Source: an uncultured Bacilli bacterium (GTDB lineage: Bacteria > Bacillota_I > Bacilli_A > RF39 > UBA660). From it: a DNA stretch of 64,000 bases. Positions within the stretch are counted from its first letter, which is position 1, and each line of letters starts with the position of its first letter. Both the position numbers and the translations under genes were made by a program. The notes beneath the pieces were generated by a model. It made no database searches and was not told where the DNA came from. It worked only from the letters and a program-made list of their open reading frames with translations. Shown here piece after piece: positions 55,564 through 64,000 of this stretch. Location: contig CALVYA010000001.1 in NCBI GenBank assembly GCA_944371905.1, forward strand, positions 5,627-69,626, read 5' to 3'.

Positions 55564-57570
55564 ATGGATAAAGATGATAAAAAGAAAAAAAATAATGAAC
55601 CAAAAAAGAAACAGCAAGTAATCAAAGAGGAGGATATGATTAAAGATAGTGACTACGAAGATTCTGGTGAAGGTAAGAAAATAGTTATAGTTGCTTTGAT
55701 TTTGGCACTTTTAATTGGTGGTTTTGCTTATGTTAGAAGTCTGGAAAAAAAGAAAGATGATAGTCTAAATATAGAAGAACCACAGGATGAAGAAAATGAT
55801 AACGATGATGAAGAAGAAGAATTGCCAAACGAAGAAGAAACAACTAGTGATACAACTACTAATTATCAACCAACACCTGTACCTAATAATACTGAAGAGA
55901 ATCCTGTTGATATTTGGAAGAGTTTAAAAGATGTTCCTACTTTAGTAGAAGCAGGTACAGTTATGTCTTTACCTACAGTAACGGTAGATGATAATGGGAC
56001 TAAAGTAGAAGCGCTTATTACTTATAAATTTAGAAGTAATATAGAAGAGGAATATGTAACTGTTAGTAGTTTTGATACAACTAAAATTGGTGAATATTTA
56101 ATTACTTATACAATAAGTTTTAAAGATGGTAAGGTAGAGACTAAAGATTTAGTTATCACAGTTAATGATACTGTAGAACCAATTATTAATAATGTTGTAG
56201 ATGGAGAATACTATAATAGTGATATATTGTTAGATATTACTGAGTATAGTCCATATATTGTTGAGTTGAATGGTGTTATTTATGATGCTAGTAAACCAAT
56301 AACTGAAGATGGTGAGTATACTTTAGTAGTGACTGAGGATAAAACAAATGGTAAGAGTATTACTGTGTCATTTGTACTTGATAAAAGTGTTCCTACTATT
56401 TTAGGAGTAGAAGATAAAGCATATTATAATAGTGGAGTAGTAATTGAAGTAGGTGATGATAATCTTTTAGACATTTTATTAACTAAAGATGGTGTAGAAT
56501 ATAGTTTTGTTAATGGAGTTACTAATATAACAGAAGATGGAACTTATCAAATAGTTGCATCAGATAAAGCAGGAAATATTAATTCATATACTTTTGTAAT
56601 AGATAATGTTGCTCCAACAGTAGAAGTGACTTATACACCTAATAGTGAGGAATTAACTAGTGAAGATGTATTAGTAACAATTACTTCTAATGAAGCATTG
56701 CAAGAATTAGAAGGATGGACATTATTAGAAGATAAATTAACATTAACAAAAGAATTTAGTGAAAATATTACAACTACATTTGAAGTAAAAGATTTAGCTG
56801 GAAATCCAGTTGACGTTACTATCGTTATTGATTTTATTGATCATAATGTTAGTTATTCACCAAAATTAACAATTGAAAATCTAGTAGCAAATAAAGTAAA
56901 AGCTACTATCACATCATTAAAACAATTGATAATTAATGATGATAGTTGGATAGAAATAGTAGAAGATGGACTATATAAATATGAAAAAATTTATAGTGAA
57001 TCTGTAACTGAAATAGTTCAATATGAAGATCTAGAAGGAAATGCTGGAACAATAGAAGTTAAAATTGATATGGAATTAAATGATTTATTTGTAACTTATC
57101 AAGAAGATCCAGATACTCAAAACGTAACAGCATATGTTACAACAGAAGAAGAAGTATTAGAAGTTCCAGAAGGATGGGCACTAGATACTGAATATCAAGA
57201 AGATTATAGATATTATAAGGTTTATACAGAAAATGTAGATTATGAATTAGTTGAATTTGTAACTAATAGTAAATATTATGTTGCAACTATAATTATTGAT
57301 TCAATAGATAGAGATGCACCTGTGGCAACTGCTAGTGTTACTTATATAACTGAAGAAGAAGAGAAGAAACAAGTAGTTATTACAGTTTCTGCTAATGAAG
57401 TTATTAATGGTATGGACGGATGGAGTTTATCAGAAGATAAAAAAACATTAGTGAAAATAATTGATAAACCAACTGTTGATATTCCAACAGATGAACTAAA
57501 TGAGAGCATTACTATAACGGATTTAAAAGGTAATGAGACTATAATAAGTTATACATATAATTGGAATTAA
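55564..57570 (+). CDS. membrane-anchored surface protein with acidic linker and repeated Ig-like/beta domains
   Basis: Lys-rich cytoplasmic N-terminus, one TM helix, DEEND acidic stretch, then several about 90-aa beta-rich repeats (..TDxVxPxI..). No catalytic motif. Confidence 0.5.
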   Translation: MDKDDKKKKNNEPKKKQQVIKEEDMIKDSDYEDSGEGKKIVIVALILALLIGGFAYVRSLEKKKDDSLNIEEPQDEENDNDDEEEELPNEEETTSDTTTNYQPTPVPNNTEENPVDIWKSLKDVPTLVEAGTVMSLPTVTVDDNGTKVEALITYKFRSNIEEEYVTVSSFDTTKIGEYLITYTISFKDGKVETKDLVITVNDTVEPIINNVVDGEYYNSDILLDITEYSPYIVELNGVIYDASKPITEDGEYTLVVTEDKTNGKSITVSFVLDKSVPTILGVEDKAYYNSGVVIEVGDDNLLDILLTKDGVEYSFVNGVTNITEDGTYQIVASDKAGNINSYTFVIDNVAPTVEVTYTPNSEELTSEDVLVTITSNEALQELEGWTLLEDKLTLTKEFSENITTTFEVKDLAGNPVDVTIVIDFIDHNVSYSPKLTIENLVANKVKATITSLKQLIINDDSWIEIVEDGLYKYEKIYSESVTEIVQYEDLEGNAGTIEVKIDMELNDLFVTYQEDPDTQNVTAYVTTEEEVLEVPEGWALDTEYQEDYRYYKVYTENVDYELVEFVTNSKYYVATIIIDSIDRDAPVATASVTYITEEEEKKQVVITVSANEVINGMDGWSLSEDKKTLVKIIDKPTVDIPTDELNESITITDLKGNETIISYTYNWN

Positions 57571-57576
57571 AAATTT

Positions 57577-57602
57577 AGACATCGAAAGATGTCTTTTTTT
57601 AT
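57577..57602 (+). terminator. rho-independent terminator
   Basis: Stem agacatc-gaaa-gatgtct followed by a T8 run. Confidence 0.7.
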
Positions 57603-57667
57603 GCAATATTGCTTTCATTTAAGCACACTCTAATAAATTTAACCTTATAATATAGTGGTGATATATA

Positions 57668-59074
57668 ATGAAGAAAATTAATGATATATACAATTGTCCA
57701 TATGATATTGAAATAAATGATATAAAAATAAATTCTAAAGAAATAAAGCCAGGAGATTTATTTGTATGTACGAAAGGTGTTAATACCGATCGTCACGATT
57801 TTATAGATGAAGCAATAGATAATGGAGCTTCTTTCTTAATTGTAAAAAAAGATGGAAATTATAGAGTTCCATATATTAAAGTTGATGATCCTAACAAAGA
57901 ATTGTATTCTTTGTCAGCTAAATTTTATAATTATCCTGATCAAAAATTAAAGTTAATCGGCATAACTGGTACTGATGGTAAAACTACAACAGCAACTATT
58001 ATTAGAGATTTATTAGGTAGTGATATTTGTGGTTACATTGGTACTAATGGTATAGAAGGTAAAAAAATTAGTGATACATCTTCTAATACTACACCGGAAT
58101 GTCATTTAATATATAAATATTTATATTTATTTTCTTGTGAGGATTTAAAATATGTTAGTATGGAAACTTCCAGTGAAGCGTTTTATCGTAAAAGACTAGA
58201 ACCATTTAAATTTGATATAGGAATATTAACTAATGTTACTGAAGATCATTTAAATATTCATAAGACAATAGATAACTATATTAATAGTAAAAAACAATTA
58301 TTTAGACAACTAAAAGATAGAGGGACCGCTGTTTTAAATAGGGATGACAAATATTACAAAGATTTTAAAGATTTATCTCGAAATGTTTTAACCTACGGGA
58401 AGAGTAAAAAAGCTGATTTAATAATTGAAAATTTTTATGAAGATAGTGATTATACTAAAATAATTTTTAAATATAAAAATAGAGAGTATGAAGTTTTAAG
58501 TCCTCTTTTAGGAGAATTTAATGTTTATAATTTGAGTGCGGCTATTTTATGTCTTATTGTTTTAGGTTTTTCTTTTGAGGATATTATTAGTAGAATTAGT
58601 AATATTAGTACTCCTTCTGGTAGATGTGAATTTTTAAATTTTAATCAGAAGTATAAAGTAGTATTAGATTATGCTCATACTCCTAATGGCCTTAATAACA
58701 TTTTAAATTATTTAAATAAGATTAAAAGAAACCGTATTATTACGGTAGTTGGTAGTGCTGGTGGAAGAGAAAAAGAAAAGCGTAGTAAAATGGGAGAAGT
58801 GGTTTTAGAGAAATCAGATATTGTTATTTTCACTATGGATGATCCAAGAAATGAGGATCCAAAGGATATAATTAAAGAAATGATTAATGATAGAGAAGGG
58901 TGTTATGAAATTATTGTTGATAGAGAAGAAGCTATAAAGTATGCTTTGGAACATGCTAAAAAAGAAGACATTATTTTAATTGCGGGTAAAGGAAGAGATA
59001 ATTATATGGCAATAGGTGACAAATATATTCCTTATTGTGACTATGACGTTATAAAAAAATATTTTAATCAATAA
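57668..59074 (+). CDS. Mur ligase family protein, MurE-like (UDP-MurNAc-tripeptide synthetase)
   Basis: ATP-binding P-loop GITGTDGKTTTA, central Mur ligase domain, C-terminal DDPR(N) motif region. 468 aa. Confidence 0.75.
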   Translation: MKKINDIYNCPYDIEINDIKINSKEIKPGDLFVCTKGVNTDRHDFIDEAIDNGASFLIVKKDGNYRVPYIKVDDPNKELYSLSAKFYNYPDQKLKLIGITGTDGKTTTATIIRDLLGSDICGYIGTNGIEGKKISDTSSNTTPECHLIYKYLYLFSCEDLKYVSMETSSEAFYRKRLEPFKFDIGILTNVTEDHLNIHKTIDNYINSKKQLFRQLKDRGTAVLNRDDKYYKDFKDLSRNVLTYGKSKKADLIIENFYEDSDYTKIIFKYKNREYEVLSPLLGEFNVYNLSAAILCLIVLGFSFEDIISRISNISTPSGRCEFLNFNQKYKVVLDYAHTPNGLNNILNYLNKIKRNRIITVVGSAGGREKEKRSKMGEVVLEKSDIVIFTMDDPRNEDPKDIIKEMINDREGCYEIIVDREEAIKYALEHAKKEDIILIAGKGRDNYMAIGDKYIPYCDYDVIKKYFNQ

Positions 59075-59115
59075 AAGAATTTAAAGAAACATATATTTAA
59101 GTAGGAGTTGAGTAT

Positions 59116-59814
59116 ATGTTTTTTTCATTAATAGAATTAATTAAAAGCCTTATGTTTTTTACTGCGTCATATTCTAATAATATTTTTCCCGATCCACTAA
59201 CAAAAGAAGAAGAAGATAAATATATAGAATTATCAAGATTAGGTGATAAAGATGCTAGGAATAAATTAATTGAACATAATTTGAGATTGGTTGCGCATAT
59301 TGTTAAAAAATTTGATTATAAGAATGTTGATCAAGATGATCTTATTAGTATAGGGACGATTGGACTCATTAAGGGAGTAGATTCTTATTCTTATAAGCAT
59401 GGCACTAAAATAACTACATATTGTGCAAAATGTATTGAAAATGAAATCTTAATGTTTTTTAGAACAAATAATAAAAATAATAAGAATATCTCAATTAATG
59501 AACCGATAGGATTTGATAAAGAAGGTAATGAAATAACTATTTTAGATGTATTAAAAATGCCAAAACCAGATTTTGCTGAAGAATTGCAAATAAAAGATAA
59601 TATTGAGTTATTAAAAAAATATATTAAATGTTTAAATGCACGTGAAAAAGAGATATTAATAAGACGATATGGACTTAATAATACTTCTGAACAAACCCAA
59701 AAGGAAATTGCAAAAGATTTAAAAATTTCAAGGAGTTATGTTTCGAGGATAGAAAAAAGAGCTTTAACTAAAATTTTTAGAGAATTTATGAGGAATAAAA
59801 AATGTGACAATTAA
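59116..59814 (+). CDS. sigK: pro-sigma-K (late mother-cell sporulation sigma factor), uninterrupted
   Basis: Recalled from memory, near-colinear with B. subtilis pro-SigK (S|YSNNIFPDPLTKEEEDKYIELSRLGDKDARNKLIEHNLRLVAHIVKKF, TKITTYCAKCIENEILM, ISRSYVSRIEKRAL). About 20-aa pro-sequence retained. No intervening element. Confidence 0.85.
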   Translation: MFFSLIELIKSLMFFTASYSNNIFPDPLTKEEEDKYIELSRLGDKDARNKLIEHNLRLVAHIVKKFDYKNVDQDDLISIGTIGLIKGVDSYSYKHGTKITTYCAKCIENEILMFFRTNNKNNKNISINEPIGFDKEGNEITILDVLKMPKPDFAEELQIKDNIELLKKYIKCLNAREKEILIRRYGLNNTSEQTQKEIAKDLKISRSYVSRIEKRALTKIFREFMRNKKCDN

Positions 59815-59909
59815 GGTAGTGTTTACTATCTTTTTTTGACTTTTATTAGAATAGAGATTATAATATGATATATAAAATATAGAATGGACATAATAAAAAT
59901 GGTGGTACT

Positions 59910-61361
59910 ATGGAGAAAGATACAATAAGAAAGGTAAAAAGAGTCAAAAAAAGGATCAAAATTCATAAAAAAGCAGTTGCTATGACCGCTATTTCATTAA
60001 TTTTAATTGCGGTGATTATTGCTGTTTGTTTTATATTTTTTGTTCCTAATATTAAATTATTAGGAGATAAAGTAATAACGTTGAAATTAGATGACACTTA
60101 TAAAGATAGTGGAATAGTTGCAACTTATCGCGGTAAAGATGTAACTGATGAAGTAAAAATAGAAGATAATATTGAATATGGTAAAGTAGGTACTTATAAA
60201 ATAACTTACAGTATTAAAAAAGGAATTTTTGAAACTGTGAAAAAACGAACAATTAAAATAATTGATGATATAAAACCAGAAATTATTTTAGAAGGTGAAG
60301 AAGAAGTTACTATTTGCCCAGGCAAAGAATTTGAGGAAATAGGTTATAAAGCTACAGATAATTATGATGGGGATATTACCAAAAAAGTGGAAGTTAAAGA
60401 GTCTGATGATAAAATCACTTATACAGTAGAAGATAGTAGTGGTAATAAGGCAACTGTTACTAGAAAAATTGTACGAAACGATAAGGAAGGTCCAAAAATA
60501 ACTTTAAAAGGTGATGAAACAATATACATCAAGAAAGGAGAAACTTTTAAAGATCCTGGATATACTGCTATGGATAATTGTGATGGAGATGTATCTAAAA
60601 ATATCGAAGTAGAAGGTGAAGTAGATACTAGTCAAATAGGGACACAGATTATTACTTATAAAGTTAAAGATAAAAAAGGAAATGAAACTAAAACAACTAG
60701 GGAAATTTATGTTACTAGTCCGAATGGTCAAGGTGGAATGATTTATTTAACCTTTGATGATGGACCTAGCAATGTCACAGGACCAATATTAGATGTACTG
60801 AAAAAAAGAGGAGTAAAAGCTACGTTCTTTGTTATTAATCAATCAGATAATCTTAATTATTTAATTAAAAGAGCTTATGATGAAGGACATACGATAGGAC
60901 TTCATTCTTATAGTCATCAATATAATTTGGTATATAAATCTACAAATGCTTATTTTGATGATTTAAATGCTATTAGTGAAAAAGTAGAAAAAATAACTGG
61001 TGAGAAATCTAAGATTATTCGATTCCCTGGTGGAGGTTCTAATACTATTAGTAAAAAGTATTCTCAAGGGATCATGACAGTGTTAACTAATGAAGTGTTA
61101 TCACGGGGATATCATTATTTCGATTGGAATGTTGATTGTAATGATGCAGGTGGAGCTAAAACCAAAGAGCAAGTATATAGTAATGTAGTTAATAATTTAA
61201 GACATAATCAAGCCAATGTGGTTTTAATGCATGATTTTCAAAATAATTACAAGACATTAGAAGCATTAGATGATATAATAAGTTATGGATTAGCAAAAGG
61301 TTATACATTTGCAGCAATAGATATGAGCACGCCGTTAGTTAGGCATAGAGTAAATAATTAA
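59910..61361 (+). CDS. membrane-anchored polysaccharide deacetylase (NodB/CE4) with two Ig-like (DUF5011-type) domains
   Basis: N-terminal TM. Ig-like repeats (KPEIILEGEEEVTICPGKEFEEIGYKATDNYDGD). CE4 motifs TFDDGP and HSYSHQ. Confidence 0.8.
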   Translation: MEKDTIRKVKRVKKRIKIHKKAVAMTAISLILIAVIIAVCFIFFVPNIKLLGDKVITLKLDDTYKDSGIVATYRGKDVTDEVKIEDNIEYGKVGTYKITYSIKKGIFETVKKRTIKIIDDIKPEIILEGEEEVTICPGKEFEEIGYKATDNYDGDITKKVEVKESDDKITYTVEDSSGNKATVTRKIVRNDKEGPKITLKGDETIYIKKGETFKDPGYTAMDNCDGDVSKNIEVEGEVDTSQIGTQIITYKVKDKKGNETKTTREIYVTSPNGQGGMIYLTFDDGPSNVTGPILDVLKKRGVKATFFVINQSDNLNYLIKRAYDEGHTIGLHSYSHQYNLVYKSTNAYFDDLNAISEKVEKITGEKSKIIRFPGGGSNTISKKYSQGIMTVLTNEVLSRGYHYFDWNVDCNDAGGAKTKEQVYSNVVNNLRHNQANVVLMHDFQNNYKTLEALDDIISYGLAKGYTFAAIDMSTPLVRHRVNN

Positions 61362-61364
61362 GGA

Positions 61365-62912
61365 GTGAGTTATATGAAAAGGAAAAAGGGGATTTTATTA
61401 TTAGTAGTAGGATTACTTATATTAATTCCATCTATTGTTTTAGCAGCGCAACCGACAGTTGAATTATCAGGAGTTTTAAATGCTAAACCTGGTGATACTG
61501 TAGCGTATGATATTAAGATTAATTCTTCAGGGGATACACGTGCTTCTAAATATGAAGCTAATTTAGAGTATGATCAGAATATTCTTGAATTAAAAAGTAT
61601 AACCGCTAAATCTTGGACGAAAGAAAGCGGTTCTAGTGATTTAAATTTCTCATATCAAGATGGAATTTCTGGAAGTTCTACTATTGCTACTATCACTTTT
61701 AAAGTTAAGGATAACGTTCCAAAACAAACAACTAATATTGCTTTAAAAGATATTAAGATTACAACTTTAGATGAAGAAGATAGTTCAAGTATTGTCACTA
61801 TTTCGGAAAATGCTTCTCATAAGGTATCTTTATCTGTTAAGTCAACAGATAATACTTTAAAAGATTTAAAAGTCGATGGTAAAACAATAGAAGATTTTAA
61901 AAAAGATAATTATGAGTATGAATTATCGGTTTCTTCTGATACTGATGAAGTAGAAATAAAAGCAACACCAACAAACGCTAATGCAACATTTGAAGAGGGA
62001 TTTGGTAATAGAGATGTTAAATTAGACTATGGAGAAAATGAAGTTTTAATAAAAGTGAAAGCAGAATCTGGTGAAATTCAGGTATATAAATTACTAATTA
62101 CTCGTGAAGATGATCGTAATACTAATAATGATTTAAAAGAAATTATTATTAATTCTGGTAGAATAAAATTAGAACTATCTAAAAATAAAGTTAATTATAC
62201 AATTAAAACTTACAAATTAAAAGAGTTAGAAATCGATGCTGTGCCAGTGGATGAAAAAGCAAAAGTAGAAATAGAAATACCTGATGAAATAATAGTTGGA
62301 GATAATGTAGTTACTATAACAGTAACTAGTGAAACTGGTGAGGAAAAAGTTTATACTTTAACATTTGAAAATAGTGATAAAGAATTAGATACTAAATTAA
62401 AAAATTTATATATCAAAGGTTATAATATTGATTTTGATAAAAATACGATGGTTTACCAAATTGTGTACAATAAAAAATATAAAAATGGATTAGATTTTAG
62501 TATTGTTACAGCTGATGATGAAGAGTTAGTTGGATATACTATTTTCTATAATGGAGAAGAAGTAACAGATGATACTAATATTTCTTTAAAACCTGGAGAT
62601 AAGTATGAAATTCGAGTATATCCACTAGGTTTGGAAGAAGGAGATAGTAGTGAGACTACTACTTATACAATTGAAATAGTAAAAGATAAACGTGTTAGCT
62701 TTTTCTTAATTTTAGAAATTTTAATTGCTTTAGTATTGTTTGTATTAATAATTGTTCAAGTTGTAAAAAGAAATAAAAAACGTAAAAACAACGCTAATCA
62801 AGAGAACAATAATAATGTAGTATCTAATGAAAAATTGCAAGAAGAAGTAAATAAAACAAAAGTAATTGATACAGATGAATTAAATAAAATAAATGAATTA
62901 GATAAAGAATAG
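61365..62912 (+). CDS. C-tail-anchored surface protein: N-terminal cohesin domain plus cadherin-like beta-sandwich repeats
   Basis: Signal peptide. The segment TVELSGVLNAKPGDTVAYDIKIN...LEYDQNILEL...IATITFKVKDN matches the type-I cohesin pattern (compare recalled CipA NAKPGDTVRIPV...YDPNVLEI...FATIVAKVK). Then about 4 cadherin-like repeats. C-terminal TM followed by KRNKKRKNN. Confidence 0.65.
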   Translation: MSYMKRKKGILLLVVGLLILIPSIVLAAQPTVELSGVLNAKPGDTVAYDIKINSSGDTRASKYEANLEYDQNILELKSITAKSWTKESGSSDLNFSYQDGISGSSTIATITFKVKDNVPKQTTNIALKDIKITTLDEEDSSSIVTISENASHKVSLSVKSTDNTLKDLKVDGKTIEDFKKDNYEYELSVSSDTDEVEIKATPTNANATFEEGFGNRDVKLDYGENEVLIKVKAESGEIQVYKLLITREDDRNTNNDLKEIIINSGRIKLELSKNKVNYTIKTYKLKELEIDAVPVDEKAKVEIEIPDEIIVGDNVVTITVTSETGEEKVYTLTFENSDKELDTKLKNLYIKGYNIDFDKNTMVYQIVYNKKYKNGLDFSIVTADDEELVGYTIFYNGEEVTDDTNISLKPGDKYEIRVYPLGLEEGDSSETTTYTIEIVKDKRVSFFLILEILIALVLFVLIIVQVVKRNKKRKNNANQENNNNVVSNEKLQEEVNKTKVIDTDELNKINELDKE

Positions 62913-62950
62913 ACTTATAGTTTATTCTTTACTTTTCTAGGAGGGATAAT

Positions 62951-63475
62951 ATGACTTTAAACAAATTTGCTCCTAGTATGTACAAAAAGAGTATTTTTGA
63001 TGTTAATTATGATTTATTAAAGAAAAAAGGAATCAAATGTTTAATATTTGATTTTGATAACACTGTATCTAGTGTTAATACTAAAAGTACTCCAAAGGAA
63101 AATTTACAATTATTAAAAAAATTAAAAGAAAATTTTAAAATAATAATAGTATCTAATAATTTTAAAAGAAAGATTAAACCAATTTGTGATAAAATAGAAA
63201 TTGAATTTATTTCTTTTGCTTTAAAACCATTAGCTCGAAGTTTTAAGAAAGTAATTAAAAAATATAAGTTTTCAAAAGATGAAATTTGTATCATAGGGGA
63301 TCAATTAGTATCTGATATTTTAGGTGGAAATAAGTTTGGTATTATGACAATATTAATAGAACCTTTAAGTACAAAGGATTTAAAAATTACTAAATTCAAC
63401 CGTTTTATAGAAAAGAAAATTTTAGCAAGGCTTGAAGAAAGTAATATTTTAGAAAGAGGTAAATATTATGAGTAA
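62951..63475 (+). CDS. yqeG: HAD-superfamily phosphatase, YqeG family (subfamily IIIA)
   Basis: IKCLIFDFDNTV catalytic motif I. 174 aa. Followed by yqeH, as in the B. subtilis yqeG-yqeH operon. Confidence 0.75.
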   Translation: MTLNKFAPSMYKKSIFDVNYDLLKKKGIKCLIFDFDNTVSSVNTKSTPKENLQLLKKLKENFKIIIVSNNFKRKIKPICDKIEIEFISFALKPLARSFKKVIKKYKFSKDEICIIGDQLVSDILGGNKFGIMTILIEPLSTKDLKITKFNRFIEKKILARLEESNILERGKYYE

Positions 63476-64000
63476 TGAGAAAAAATACTGTATTGGATGT
63501 GGAGTATTGCTGCAGGATGAAAATATGACGATGGAAGGTTATACTACTAGTATTGAAAATGATATATGTAGTAGATGTTTCAGAATGAAAAATTATGGTG
63601 AATATCAAATTGTTACAAAATCTAATGAAGATTATATTGATATTTTAAAAACTGTTAATAAAACTAATGATTTAGTATTATATATTGTTGATTTATTAAA
63701 TTTAGAACGTGATTTAAAATATATAAGAAATTATATTAATAATAAAGTAATACTAGTTTTAAGCAAAAGAGATGTTTTACCTAAAAGTGTTAAAGATGAT
63801 AAGTTGATAGATTATTTTAAAAAGATGGATTTAGATTATCAAGATATGATTGTAGTGAGTCCTAATAAAAATTATAATATAGATGCATTATTACTTATGA
63901 TTAAAAAATATAAAACAAGTAAGAATGTATATGTAGTAGGGCATACTAATGTTGGTAAATCCACTCTTATTAATAAATTAATGAAAAATTATTCAGATAA
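63468..64000 (+). CDS. yqeH: ribosome biogenesis GTPase YqeH (circularly permuted), 5' portion truncated by the window end
   Basis: N-terminal zinc ribbon CIGCG...CSRC, then GTPase motifs VGHTNVGKSTLIN. Overlaps the yqeG stop. Confidence 0.8.
   Translation, partial: MSNEKKYCIGCGVLLQDENMTMEGYTTSIENDICSRCFRMKNYGEYQIVTKSNEDYIDILKTVNKTNDLVLYIVDLLNLERDLKYIRNYINNKVILVLSKRDVLPKSVKDDKLIDYFKKMDLDYQDMIVVSPNKNYNIDALLLMIKKYKTSKNVYVVGHTNVGKSTLINKLMKNYSD

Noticed and set aside
60504-60731. Minus-strand ORF inside the polysaccharide deacetylase gene
   Set aside because: Embedded antisense ORF.
63007-63608. Two minus-strand ORFs inside yqeG and yqeH
   Set aside because: Embedded antisense ORFs. The + frames have HAD and GTPase motifs.

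Overview
AT-rich (roughly 28% GC) chromosomal window from a Firmicutes / Clostridia-like endospore-forming bacterium. Almost every gene is on the + strand. Housekeeping genes (ileS and serS behind T-box leaders, archaeal-type proS, cls, acyl-CoA ligase, galE, radC-mreC-mreD, a Mur ligase, yqeG-yqeH) are interleaved with sporulation regulators (sigG, intact pro-sigK, spoIVFA/spoIVFB-like pair, SEDS protein). Spore-surface genes are also present: two tandem BclA-like collagen (GPT-repeat) genes, a GT2/TPR glycosyltransferase, Fe/Mn SOD, and two tandem CotZ/CotY/ExsY-like cysteine-rich genes. A surface-display gene set is also present: a 1588-aa papain-like protease ending in a type-I dockerin, and three C-tail-anchored proteins that each combine one cohesin-like domain with cadherin-like beta-sandwich repeats. 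Other unusual features are a G12 homopolymer abutting the -10 of a TasA/camelysin-like gene whose signal peptide is split by a frameshift, a 465-bp repeat-rich intergenic region, Spo0A-box-like repeats at several promoters, a spoIVFB homologue whose HELGH motif lies upstream of its first ATG, and a degenerate (His to Gln) hybrid histidine kinase. No rRNA, tRNA, CRISPR array or transposase was found.
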